Below are positions 30,574 through 42,596 of a DNA stretch of 64,000 bases, in pieces; the stretch's first letter is position 1, and the number at the start of each line of letters is the position of its first letter. Where the stretch lies: assembly GCA_964019425.1 (NCBI GenBank), contig OZ025797.1, forward strand, positions 372,001 through 436,000, written 5' to 3'. Origin of the DNA: Flectonema sp. DT1601. Its lineage: Eukaryota. Both the position numbers and the translations under genes were made by a program. Under the pieces are notes generated by a model. That model searched no databases, was not told the origin of the DNA, and was given only the letters and a program-made list of their open reading frames with translations.

Positions 30574-32311
30574 CCCATTACGGACGGGGGTAAAACCCGG
30601 TTTTTTGACTTTTTTTGAAAAAAGAGCTAACGGGGAAAAGGGGTAGGGGGGCTCGGAAAGGTGATGTGACAAAGTGAACCGCCATTGCCTGCCCGTTAAA
30701 AATACACACACATTCACCACCTAAAGGGTGAACAGAACAAATGAAAACACCACCAAAGACAACAATAAGCTCAGTTCTTATGACTCCCTGCGCCTCTTCA
30801 ATTTTGATGTTGTTGTGAGTGCAGGGGTCTTCCCCTTCGTACATTCTTCCCGGATAGCACCTCCCGACACAGAGGTGGTGGTATGGGACGCAAATGTTCT
30901 CCCCTTTGTAAGATTTAAGTGGTATTTGCCAAAACAGGGTGCAGGACACATAAAAACCTTACACCCCTGGCATCCATAAGTAGTCCTCACTCGAGTATTG
31001 TGATACTTACATTGTTTAGCAGCGCCAAATATTGATGGATAGTGCTCAGTGGTGCTGAACATGTGTGAAAAGTGCGAATCCGAGTCAATAGTAGATGTAG
31101 TATTGGTTGTCTTGTCTCTCGACGTCCCGTCACTGACGAGTTGCATAGCGAGCTCCTCTACATACCGTATGTAGGTACCAGTATCCTTACCGCATTTCTT
31201 TTGAAGGGTAAACGTGTTGAACATTGAAACTTTCAGCTAGTAGTCGAAAACCTTTAGATGCCATCGTTTAGTTTGAAGGTTTCTGTTCGCCCTTCCCTTC
31301 ACGCTATCCATCAGGTTAACACCTCCCATCGTTTTGGTGTACCTGTCTACTTGCACGGTAGTTTGATCGGCACTTTTTCTTTTTTATTTCTCTTCCTAAT
31401 CCAGCGATATACATCGACACAGTGCTCACGTAAGGGAAGAGTACTGAAAAGATGCACATCCTTTGAGTCTCTCCACTTTATATGGTGGATGCCGTGCTTG
31501 ACTGAAGGTAAGAAGCAGAAAGATTCTTCGGTCTTTCTTTCACTTCCGATTTGCTTAGTCGTCCCGGTCCAGGGGTAGCCTTCGGTTTTGTAACATCAAC
31601 AGAACTCCCTTTCTGTTCCGTCAGGCTGTTCCAACACAGTGGAACCCTTTCGCTAACATCAAAACAAGAAATGCGTATGACGAATTGAAATTGTCAAACG
31701 TCACCCAATGCCCTTTATTATTATGGGGTTTAACAAGACTATGAACATAAGAAGCAGGAATGTGTTTGTTAGCAGTGTGGAAATTACGGAGAAAGCATTT
31801 CAGTTCACCAACTTCTAGTGACTTCATGGACGTCTCTTTGTCAATCGGGTAGGCAAGAGTGTGTCGAAATATCATTTTAAGCACATGATCAGTGAAAATG
31901 AGTTGGATACCTTCAATTCGTTCATTTCATTAAAGTCGCTCACACTCTGGGTAGGTCCTTTCCGTTTTTCCCTGGGGATTCTCTTGGTTTTGCCCCCCCA
32001 CTTTGATACCTTTGCTGTGTTGCTGTCAGATGACGACTCCGATACAGAATCCATCATCATCAGACTTTCATAGGACGCCGAACTTGTATCAATTTCAACA
32101 GGCACACGAAACTTCTTGTTAGGTGGTAAAATTTTGATTATTAGTTTTGAATTTCATGAATAAAAACACAGCGAACCACGCCATCCCACCCAAGATTCGT
32201 CGCGAAACGGCCTCGATTACACCCCCCCTGGGTAGCGTTAGCCGGGTTTTCCCCTTAGCGAAAATAAAATTTCAAAATAACCACTGTAGTGGACCCCCCG
32301 TCCTTAATGGG
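30574..32311 (-). mobile_element. Decayed piggyBac transposon (1738 bp)
   Basis: TIRs CCCATTACGGACGGGGGT and ACCCCCCGTCCTTAATGGG; TTAA TSDs at 30570-30573 and 32312-32315. Broken minus-strand transposase with VTFDNFNSS..L..KGFHCVGT and Cys-rich CKYH..RTTYGCQGCKVFMC..PCFGKYH. Confidence 0.92.
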
Positions 32312-33463
32312 TTAATAATAAAAAGAGTCTCGTAGTTTTATACCGTTACTGGTAGCGATATAACTGTTACCCTGTTGAGTTTTTCCTGGCTTTTGGCTCC
32401 TAGGCTTCGTAAATAAATAAATAAATAAATACATAGATAGTATCTGTTTAATGTTATTTGTGAACCTGACTTGCCTTTTTTCTGCTCTACAAACTTGATT
32501 GGTCTAACTTCCTGCGAATTTACCTTTTTGCGAAACAAGCTGAATTCCTTTTGTTAATTTATTCTCTGTGTGTGTCCTAATGGTCGACGGGTTTGGAGAG
32601 AGTTTTTCAAACAAATAAATGGTGTTCTTGGTGATTCTGTTTTTGGGTGATGCTGCCTTCGAAAAACTTGTCATCTGTGGTGCGTATGCGAACTTCGTAA
32701 TATTCATGTTTGTTACATCATTAGCTGCTATCTTTCTTTTCAACAGTTTTCCCCCTTCGTAGTCTAAGGGATGTTTCACTTTATTTATTTTATTTACTCC
32801 TCCACATCTTCAACTTCTGACAACAATCGGACAGGTATTAAGCTGACAATAGCATACTGTGTTCAGTATACCTGTCAGCCTAAGCTCTTCCATAACATTC
32901 CCAACAAGATTGAGTCTAATTACGTTGCTGTTGCCTCGTAGCTCTATTAGAGTTAACCTGATGCTCTTTAGTTAGCTGCATCGGAGATGAGCAATATGCA
33001 ATGTAATGGACTTCTTTATCTATCTATGTATGTTGATTAAAGAAGAAAAAGGGACAAGTAGTATAAGATTAAGGCCTGGAACTACATATTCTATTACCCT
33101 TTGATGTTAGGAAACTGCGGAAATGAATACTTTTCTTTTGCTTTTCTCTATTTCTTATTCTCACTTTTCTATGATACTTATCTATGTTGATTGGTAAGGG
33201 GAATGGTCCGAAGAAATATTTTTTAATTTTAGCCCGAAACCAACTACTATTTGTTGTCGTGCGAATCTTTTGTATTTGAATTATTTGATTGACTGATAAC
33301 TATTAATACTAATTAAGTTGGTTTGTTTCGAGGATGCGGGTATCACAGTAGACTATAAAACTTATATTATAAGTGTAGCCTTCTAATCTTACAGGCTTCA
33401 CACACTACGATGTAGCGCCTTGAACAGGTGGTCCCAACGTCTAGAAGTAATCAACAAAATAAA

Positions 33464-33715
33464 ATGCGACTTCTGCTTTGGTCATCAGTATTCGCATCAC
33501 TGATCTCTTCCTCAATGCACAAACTTTTATATTTTATGTGAGAGTGGGTTCTCAATATTATGTAACGAGTAGTGAAAGTTTAATGATATTAATATTAGGT
33601 TTCAGAGCAGTGGGGACGTAATCTTTGCAGTCCAGTGTTTGGGTCTGGTTCACGAGGAGTATTTGTGAATGGTCGCTAAATTCACTTCGTATTAGTAGAA
33701 TCATTATTCAACCTC
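33464..33715 (+). pseudogene. Frameshifted 5' fragment of the secreted-protein family (closest to paralog 1)
   Basis: ATGCGACTTCTGCTTTGGTCATCAGTATTCGCATCACTGATCTCTTCCTCAA and TTCAGAGCAGTGGGGACGTAATCTTTGC match paralog 1. Indels and stops present. Confidence 0.8.
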
Positions 33716-34087
33716 GTCATACTTCTCACAGAACACTTTGACGATGTATCACTTCTTAGCATTGCGGCTGGGTTGCTGACATCTTTTTTTAATTTCTTTT
33801 TTTTTATTGTTGTTCATGCAGCTGTCACACTGATTGGTGTTCTCTACCCTTAGCCTATTTGTATCGTTTCCTGCGATTGCTGTTTTTATTGTTCAACAAG
33901 TAAACCTATTTGTAATACTGAATGGAAATGGATTAATAAGATTAACAAGTATTTATTTCTTCAATCAAGAAAACAACAAAACAACAAAGAAGAAATTGTA
34001 GCATGCGACTTGTAGTTATTTCATATCAATTTTATTTTATTTTGTTGTGTAGTTGATTACAACTCCGAAAATAATTAAGAAAATAAA

Positions 34088-35941
34088 ATGCGACCTCTGC
34101 TTTGGTTATTAGTATTCGCATCACTGATCTCTTCCTCAAATGCGCTTCAGATTGAGCTTACAGTTAATTCCGCATGGCCTTCAGCAGAGCGAATTAAAAT
34201 TCGTGCTACGGTTCAGAACGGTGCTTCGCAAGATCTAGGACAAGCTACTTTTACTGGGTCAGGCAATCCAACTGTGATATTGAACTCAGGATCACAGCTT
34301 CCACCGTCGACAAATCCGCGCGATATAACTAAAATCCTGTTCTTTTTTACTGCCGGCAGAACGACAGATGGTCCCAGAGTAATTATTGATAGTACAATAC
34401 AACTATTAACACCAGGTGTGGGACAAGGTAGAATTCCATTCACATGTTATACCTGGGCAGGGGGAAGCCTGAATTCTGGATTGCTTCCAAATGCTTACTT
34501 ACAAGACCTCGCTACAGGACGTGATACATATCCTGAGTGTTATCCATACGTAACGGGAACTGAATCCTTAACCGAGACATTAACTAAATCATTTACGGTT
34601 GGATCATTAACTGAAACACTATCTGTATCGAAATCCTTAACTAAATCATCAACTGAAACATTAACTGCAACGAAATCCTTAACTAAATCATCAACTGAAA
34701 CGCTAACTGTATCAAAATCCTTAACTAAGTCATCAACTGAAACATTAACTGTTCCACTTGATTATGCCCTTCCAGAGTTTGCTGTTGACGAAGGCTCAGC
34801 ACTCGAAGGGTCGCAGTCAGAACCTGCGGTCGCTTCCTTCGCTGATGGCGGAGTTGTTGTTTGTTGGACTTCTCAAAATCGTGAGTTAGTCAGAAGATAT
34901 GAATTTAATATATTTTGCTTAATGTTTGATGTGACAGGAGCAGAGCAAGGATCTAAATTTCAAATTAACTCCAACAATTTGGGAACACAGCAGTCTCCTT
35001 CAGTAGCTGTCCTTCAAGGGAATTCTATTGTTGTTGTATGGAACGGTGACCACCTGTTGGGTCACAACGTTATTTCTCGTCAGTTTGACAACGGAGTTGC
35101 GAATGCTGAAGGAGAAGTGATTCACAGTGCCCATCTCGCTTCAGGAAAGAAGACATTGCCTGATGTCGCCAGCATCCCTTCAACTAATTATTTTGTTATC
35201 TGTTGGCAATCTTTTGGCAGTGACGGTTCATATTTCGGAGTTTATGCTGTTCGTCATTCTGTAGGTGAGAGTAGCGTTCCGTTTCTGGTAAACACCGCGA
35301 CGCAGTGGGATCAGACGGATGCAAAGGTTGCTTGCTTCACTGACGGTGGGTATGTAATTACTTGGGGGAGTTATACTACTGGCACTGCTAGTGACATATT
35401 CATGAAGAGATACAACGCATTGGATGTTGCTCAAACTCCTTCGGATGAAAAGGTAAACTCGGATGACGCGAATACCGAACGTGCTCCAGCGATTGCGAGA
35501 TTCTCTGACAACACATTCATGATTGTGTGGGTTAGGATTACTACTACTGATTCGACATTATGGGCAGCAACATTTGATGCAACAGGTTCTCAGGTTGTAA
35601 CTGAATTCCGTGTTGACACCGATGTCGGTCTTCGAGTTCGCAACTGTGACATCGTAACTTTGAATGATGACACAGTTCTTATTACTTGGGGAGCATCAAA
35701 CGCTGCTGGTACTAGTTTCGGAACATATGCTCGTCGCTTCACTCGAATTGTTAGTGTTTTGCCTGCGGAATACCAGAATCAGTTTCTTATTAATGAAAAC
35801 ACTGCAGGAGAGAAACTAAAACCCAAAGTTGAGAAGTTTGGTCCTTGGGGATTCTTCATCACGTGGCAAACTACTGATCCGAATTCTGCAAGTGACATTA
35901 CTGGAAAATGGTACCCCGAATATAAACCAATTCTTTTTTAG
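34088..35941 (+). CDS. Secreted repeat-domain protein, paralog 2 (617 aa)
   Basis: Same signal peptide and near-identical C-terminal ~395 aa as paralog 1. Different N-terminal domain and a 14-aa Thr/Ser linker repeat (TETLTVSKSLTKSS). Confidence 0.85.
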   Translation: MRPLLWLLVFASLISSSNALQIELTVNSAWPSAERIKIRATVQNGASQDLGQATFTGSGNPTVILNSGSQLPPSTNPRDITKILFFFTAGRTTDGPRVIIDSTIQLLTPGVGQGRIPFTCYTWAGGSLNSGLLPNAYLQDLATGRDTYPECYPYVTGTESLTETLTKSFTVGSLTETLSVSKSLTKSSTETLTATKSLTKSSTETLTVSKSLTKSSTETLTVPLDYALPEFAVDEGSALEGSQSEPAVASFADGGVVVCWTSQNRELVRRYEFNIFCLMFDVTGAEQGSKFQINSNNLGTQQSPSVAVLQGNSIVVVWNGDHLLGHNVISRQFDNGVANAEGEVIHSAHLASGKKTLPDVASIPSTNYFVICWQSFGSDGSYFGVYAVRHSVGESSVPFLVNTATQWDQTDAKVACFTDGGYVITWGSYTTGTASDIFMKRYNALDVAQTPSDEKVNSDDANTERAPAIARFSDNTFMIVWVRITTTDSTLWAATFDATGSQVVTEFRVDTDVGLRVRNCDIVTLNDDTVLITWGASNAAGTSFGTYARRFTRIVSVLPAEYQNQFLINENTAGEKLKPKVEKFGPWGFFITWQTTDPNSASDITGKWYPEYKPILF

Positions 35942-36369
35942 TTTTCTTTTTTCAATTTATTTCTTATTGATTTTCAAGAACATAATTGAAACGAGGAGTC
36001 ATTCATTCAGTTGACTAGTTTTATACGATAGCACACCCTCACTTGTCCTCAACTTGCTTCCTATCGGATCTCAGTCATGTATGAGTTCTCGTTATCATTC
36101 CTTCTTTTATTGTGTTTTCTAGACGATACTACCTCGTGAGCTTCACTCACACCGAATCATGCAACCCTTTTCTGTTTCTGTTTCTGTTTGTTTGGAGTTG
36201 TCAGCCCAATTCAATAAATAGAGAAAGTCTCGTAGTATTGTGATAACCTAATGTTACCCCTCTGCGAACCTGACTTGCTTCGTGATTTTATATTCTGCTC
36301 TATAAAGTTGATTGGTCAAACTTCCTCCTCGAATTTCTTTCCTCTTTCGACCCTCGCAATATTTTAACT

Positions 36370-36703
36370 TTGTTTGTTTATTTGTGCCATAGGTTTCAGC
36401 ATCAGTATTGGCTGAGGCTATAAAATGGTCGACCCCGGATTTCCTACCGTATTATTAGTGTTCTCTTTGGAGGATCTACGTAACTAATATTCGGTGATTG
36501 TTTAGATCCTCTAATTGATTCATAATGATCATTTCTTTATGATAACTCAATAATAATATTGATTACACTAGTTAGTTATCTGTGAATGAGAAGTTTATAT
36601 TGTTGATATGTTGTGTTGCATCACTAATCTTTCATATCTTACAGGCTTCACACACTACGATGTGGCGCCCTGAACGGGATTGCAAGAAGATACCAGTTAG
36701 CAC
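36370..36703 (+). pseudogene. Duplicated upstream region and first codons of the PTP gene
   Basis: Near-identical to about 42308-42641. Encodes MWRPERDCKKIPVST, then breaks off. Confidence 0.8.
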
Positions 36704-36804
36704 TTTGAAACTCACGAAGAATTTTATTATTATTATTTTACTTTTAATCCAACTGGGAGGTTTACTCTCCGACATGTATTTTGTTAATAAATAAATAAAA
36801 TTCA

Positions 36805-37360
36805 AAACAAACAAACAAACAAACAAACAAACAAACAAACAAACAAACAAACAAACAAACAAACAAACAAACAAACAAACAAACAAACAAACAAACAAAC
36901 AAACAAACAAACAAACAAACAAACAAACAAACAAACAAACAAACAAACAAACAAACAAACAAACAAACAAACAAACAAACAAACAAACAAACAAACAAAC
37001 AAACAAACAAACAAACAAACAAACAAACAAACAAACAAACAAACAAACAAACAAACAAACAAACAAACAAACAAACAAACAAACAAACAAACAAACAAAC
37101 AAACAAACAAACAAACAAACAAACAAACAAACAAACAAACAAACAAACAAACAAACAAACAAACAAACAAACAAACAAACAAACAAACAAACAAACAAAC
37201 AAACAAACAAACAAACAAACAAACAAACAAACAAACAAACAAACAAACAAACAAACAAACAAACAAACAAACAAACAAACAAACAAACAAACAAACAAAC
37301 AAACAAACAAACAAACAAACAAACAAACAAACAAACAAACAAACAAACAAACAAACAAAC
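36805..37360. repeat. Perfect (AAAC)n microsatellite, ~139 units
   Basis: Uninterrupted tetranucleotide array of 556 bp. Confidence 0.98.
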
Positions 37361-37759
37361 AAGAAATCGAAAAGTCAGTATTAACTACTGCAATCGAAGA
37401 TTCTCCGAGAGTAAGTCTTTTATTAGGACCATCTCTTTGTGATTACTTTCTACTAATCAAAAAAAGAAAAAGTGATATGAATGATCCGTTTATTGAGATA
37501 AGAGCAGGCGATACACTCTCCTGTCGGATTCAAGTCTCTCTGGACCCATGATAATATGATTGGGATTATGTGTGCGATAGCGTCCTCAAAGTAATGAACC
37601 TGCAATCAATTCTTTTTAATGAGAACACAAATTATTAAATTCCAACTCAAATATTTCTGAAAACACAAATGTTTATTTTATATTAATTTTATTGTTGGAA
37701 TTAAAGGGTTTTCTCATGAAGTTTTTATTATTATTCGTTCTGTCCGGTTCCGTATGTTA

Positions 37760-38330
37760 AATGGCTTGCGAACTATCTTTCGGATAGAAATGTGAGTCTG
37801 TCTCTGGGACTAGATAATGGATCCAGATCCTGTACGAAGGGGGTCCCTCAAGGATCTGTGCTTGGTCCTCTCTTATTTCGGATCTTTGTCGACTCCCTGC
37901 CAGGTCTAATAAGCGATGCTGATCTCAGTGTTATGTTTGCTGATGATCTTGAGAAGACGTTTTCCGGGAGGCACACATTTTCTACAAGGAGCTCCTGACT
38001 GCGCACCAGAGCATCAAGATAGCGTCTATTTTACTCCGACCCTGTCACTTAAGTGCGACAATTTACCGGGTCCAAGCATACCTAAAAGGACATTCCTCTA
38101 CGTTCAAAGCCAACGTCATCCTACAGCAGTCCTTCAGATGTCTTAAATCAGCTCAACAGACTCTCGAAGTCGAGTGGGTCCCCACTAACGCACAGAGACT
38201 CTTACACCAGGAGCACCGCCGTACCTGTGACGGGTATTGTGCCTGAAGCACAGTGGTTTCATAAATATCTTAGCCTGGACATCTCGGCCTTCAATAATTA
38301 ACTTTATTTGGTATTATCTCCACAGAACTG
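37760..38330 (+). pseudogene. Decayed non-LTR retrotransposon RT fragment
   Basis: KGVPQGSVLGPLLFRIFVDSL..MFADDL at about 37837-37950, disrupted on both sides. Boundaries approximate. Confidence 0.85.
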
Positions 38331-39457
38331 CGCGACATTTGGTCATCATACGTGACAACATCCCGCGACGGTTGTTTCCCCCCTCCCAACCTTTTTTCTA
38401 AAGAATTTTACAAAGAAATGTTCATTTTTGTTTTTTTATAAGGATTGTTTATTTCTTGACGAGACTATAGGCGACACCTACACTCTGCCGTATTACATTA
38501 TACCCTGGTTTTAGTTTCCCAGGGCTCACGATTAATTCGTAATTTAATAACTCGATTCCGTACTGCACTGAATGACAACACGGAAAAAGAGACATGTATG
38601 CAGATAAGTTAGAAACATTGATTATAATGTAGAGCAAGTACGTCAATTGTAGAGTGTTAGCCTGTATTAACATTTTAGTCACTGTGTCATGAGTTTTTTA
38701 ATTTTATTATTGAGTTCTGATACAATGCAGAGATTTATATTCGTATGAACCTAATCAAAGAGTCTTCCCCCCTCCCTCTTTTATGTGTATTTGGGTATAT
38801 ACGTTTTTTTCATCAGCAGTGTGCCTTCTTTGTTCCGGTACCGACTGTTGTGAAGAAAAGTTGATATCGTTGTCGTTGTTTCGGCTGGCATGTTAACAGT
38901 TCTACCCGAATATAGAATCCGGGTTCCCTAATTAGGGTCCTGATGCGACTGCGAAAAAGCAAAAAACGTTTTGTGTGTGTTCGTAAAGGGTTTTTCTGAT
39001 TTCCGACTAGCAGCGCCAAGCCCTATGCAAGTGATTCTTTAACCCCATTATACTTCACCCTCTCAGGAATTACTGAACAAGATCAAAGGCTCAATTATAT
39101 TTTTTTTTATTGTTGTTAATGTGGCTGTCACACTGGTTGGTGTTCTCTACCATTTACAAGTATTTATTTCTTCAATCAAGAAAACAACAAAACAACAAAG
39201 AAGAAATTGTAGCATGCGACTTGTAGTTATTTCATATCAATTTTATTATAGTTTAGGTAGTCATTTATTCCAGGTTATTCTACGTCTCTTGTCGTCTGTG
39301 AGAGTCTCACAGTTGCTGGTAGCGATATAACTGTTACCCTGTTGAGCTTTTCCTGGCTTTTGGCTTCCTAGGCTTCGTAAATAAATAAATAAAAATAAAA
39401 ATATTTTCTTTTGTTGTGTAGGTGATTACAACTCCGAAAAGTAATTAAGAAAATAAA

Positions 39458-41269
39458 ATGCGACCTCTGCTTTGGTTATTAGTATTCGCATCACTGATCT
39501 CTTCCTCAAATGCGCTTCAGATTGAGCTTACAGTTAATTCCGCATGGCCTTCAGCAGAGCGAATTAAAATTCGTGCTACGGTTCAGAACGGTGCTTCGCA
39601 AGATCTAGGACAAGCTACTTTTACTGGGTCAGGCAATCCAACTGTGATATTGAACTCAGGATCACAGCTTCCACCGTCGACAAATCCGCGCGATATAACT
39701 AAAATCCTGTTCTTTTTTACTGCCGGCAGAACGACAGATGGTCCCAGAGTAATTATTGATAGTACAATACAACTATTAACACCAGGTGTGGGACAAGGTA
39801 GAATTCCATTCACATGTTATACCTGGGCAGGGGGAAGCCTGAATTCTGGATTGCTTCCAAATGCTTACTTACAAGACGTCGCTACAGGACGTGATACATA
39901 TCCTGAGTGTTATCCATACGTAACGGGAACTGAATCCTTAACCCAATCCTTAACTAAATCATTTACGGTTGGATCATTAACTGAAACACTATCTGTATCG
40001 AAATCCTTAACTAAATCATCAACTGAAACGCTAACTGTATCAAAATCCTTAACTAAGTCATCAACTGAAACATTAACTGTTCCACTTGATTATGCCCTTC
40101 CAGAGTTTGCTGTTGACGAAGGCTCAGCACTCGAAGGGTCGCAGTCAGAACCTGCGGTCGCTTCCTTCGCTGATGGCGGAGTTGTTGTTTGTTGGACTTC
40201 TCAAAATCGTGAGTTAGTCAGAAGATATGAATTTAATATATTTTGCTTAATGTTTGATGTGACAGGAGCAGAGCAAGGATCTAAATTTCAAATTAACTCC
40301 AACAATTTGGGAACACAGCAGTCTCCTTCAGTAGCTGTCCTTCAAGGGAATTCTATTGTTGTTGTATGGAACAGTGACCACCTGTTGGGTCACAACGTTA
40401 TTTCTCGTCAGTTTGACAACGGAGTTGCGAATGCTGAAGGAGAAGTGATTCACAGTGCCCATCTCGCTTCAGGAAAGAAGACATTGCCTGATGTCGCTAG
40501 CATCCCTTCAACTAATTATTTTGTTATCTGTTGGCAATCTTTTGGCAGTGACGGTTCATATTTCGGAGTTTATGCTGTTCGTCATTCTGTAGGTGAGAGT
40601 AGCGTTCCGTTTCTGGTAAACACCGCGACGCAGTGGGATCAGACGGATGCAAAGGTTGCTTGCTTCACTGACGGTGGGTATGTAATTACTTGGGGGAGTT
40701 ATACTACTGGCACTGCTAGTGACATATTCATGAAGAGATACAACGCATTGGATGTTGCTCAAACTCCTTCGGATGAAAAGGTAAACTCGGATGACGCGAA
40801 TACCGAACGTGCTCCAGCGATTGCGAGATTCTCTGACAACACATTCATGATTGTGTGGGTTAGGATTACTACTACTGATTCGACATTATGGGCAGCAACA
40901 TTTGATGCAACAGGTTCTCGGGTTGTAACTGAATTCCGTGTTGACACCGATGTCGGTCTTCGAGTTCGCAACTGTGACATCGTAACTTTGAATGATGACA
41001 CAGTTCTTATTACTTGGGGAGCATCAAACGCTGCTGGTACTAGTTTCGGAACATATGCTCGTCGCTTCACTCGAATTGTTAGTGTTTTGCCTGCGGAATA
41101 CCAGAATCAGTTTCTTATTAATGAAAACACTGCAGGAGAGAAACTAAAACCCAAAGTTGAGAAGTTTGGTCCTTGGGGATTCTTCATCACGTGGCAAACT
41201 ACTGATCCGAATTCTGAAAGTGACATTACTGGAAAATGGTACCCCGAATATAAACCAATTCTTTTTTAG
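39458..41269 (+). CDS. Secreted repeat-domain protein, paralog 3 (603 aa)
   Basis: Almost identical to paralog 2 but one 14-aa linker unit shorter. Confidence 0.85.
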   Translation: MRPLLWLLVFASLISSSNALQIELTVNSAWPSAERIKIRATVQNGASQDLGQATFTGSGNPTVILNSGSQLPPSTNPRDITKILFFFTAGRTTDGPRVIIDSTIQLLTPGVGQGRIPFTCYTWAGGSLNSGLLPNAYLQDVATGRDTYPECYPYVTGTESLTQSLTKSFTVGSLTETLSVSKSLTKSSTETLTVSKSLTKSSTETLTVPLDYALPEFAVDEGSALEGSQSEPAVASFADGGVVVCWTSQNRELVRRYEFNIFCLMFDVTGAEQGSKFQINSNNLGTQQSPSVAVLQGNSIVVVWNSDHLLGHNVISRQFDNGVANAEGEVIHSAHLASGKKTLPDVASIPSTNYFVICWQSFGSDGSYFGVYAVRHSVGESSVPFLVNTATQWDQTDAKVACFTDGGYVITWGSYTTGTASDIFMKRYNALDVAQTPSDEKVNSDDANTERAPAIARFSDNTFMIVWVRITTTDSTLWAATFDATGSRVVTEFRVDTDVGLRVRNCDIVTLNDDTVLITWGASNAAGTSFGTYARRFTRIVSVLPAEYQNQFLINENTAGEKLKPKVEKFGPWGFFITWQTTDPNSESDITGKWYPEYKPILF

Positions 41270-42596
41270 TTTTCTTTTTTCAATTTATTTCTTATTGATT
41301 TTCAAGAACATAATTGAAACGAGGAGTCATTCATTCAGTTGACTGGTTTTATACGATAGCACACCCTCACTTGTCCTCAACTTGCTTCCTGTCGGATCTC
41401 AGTCATGTATGAGTTCTCGTTATCATTCCTTCTTTTATTGTGTTTTCTAGACGATAATACCTCGTGAGCTTCACTCACACCGAATCATGCAACCCTTTTC
41501 TGTTTCTGTTTGTTTGGAGTTGTCAGCCCAATTCAATAAATAGAGAAAGTCTCGTTGTATTGTGATAACCTAATGTTACCCCTGCGAACCTGACTTGCTT
41601 CGTGATTTTATATTCTGCTCTATAAAGTTGATTGGTCAAACTTCCTCCTCGAATTTCTTTCCTCTTTCGACCCTCGCAATATTTTAACTTAGGTCCGGCG
41701 CAGTTATGACCTTAAACTGACTGTCATCTTACCTGATCCTTTTGGTTTTCATTTCTTGCTGAGTGATATGGCTATGTGCTGCCCAAATCTTTTGTGGTAC
41801 ATTTCTAAAGCTTTTCGGTAAGCCCACAGTACACTTATAATGCTTTGGACAACTGGGGGTGAACGATCCTCGGTACTGTTCCGGGGTTTTCTATTTTCTT
41901 TCGTGGAGTGTGGGCATATGGCACATGTGGTCGTATTATAAAGAAAGATGTATATGAAAGAAAGAAGATTTTTTATTTTTTTCACCTTCCCCCCACTCCC
42001 AGATCATTTCTCTTTTATTTTCTTTAGTTGTTTACAACCTGTTAGCCTCTGGGCAAGGTGGAGGCTGGAAGTCGATCACTTCCAGCAAATACTATGAAAC
42101 TACAATCTTCGCGATTGGGTCCTTACTGATGCGGGCTACCCAGACCCCTCGTGGTCATCAGTTTGTATTTTGCTAACTATACTAAACTAACTAACAGCTC
42201 TTATTATCCTTTGATGTTAGGAAACTGCAGAAATGAATACTTTTCTTTTATTAATCTCTACTTTTCTTATTCTCACTTTTCTGTTCTAAAATTAATGATA
42301 CTAACTTTGTTTGTTTATTTGTGCCATGGGTTTCAGCATCAGTATTGGCTGAGGCTATAAAATGGTCGACCCCGGATTTCCTACCGTATTATTAGTGTTC
42401 TCTTTTGAGGATCTACGTAACTAATATTCGGTGATTGTTTAGATCCTCTAATTGATTCGTAATGATTATTTCTTTATGATAACTCAATAATAATATTGAT
42501 TACACTAGTTAGTTATCTGTGAATGAGAAGTTTATATTGTTGATATGTTGTGTTGCATCACTAATCTTTCATATCTTACAGGCTTCACACACTACG

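Noticed and set aside
36632..37362. Minus-strand (FVCL)n ORFs
   Set aside because: Artefacts of the (AAAC)n microsatellite.
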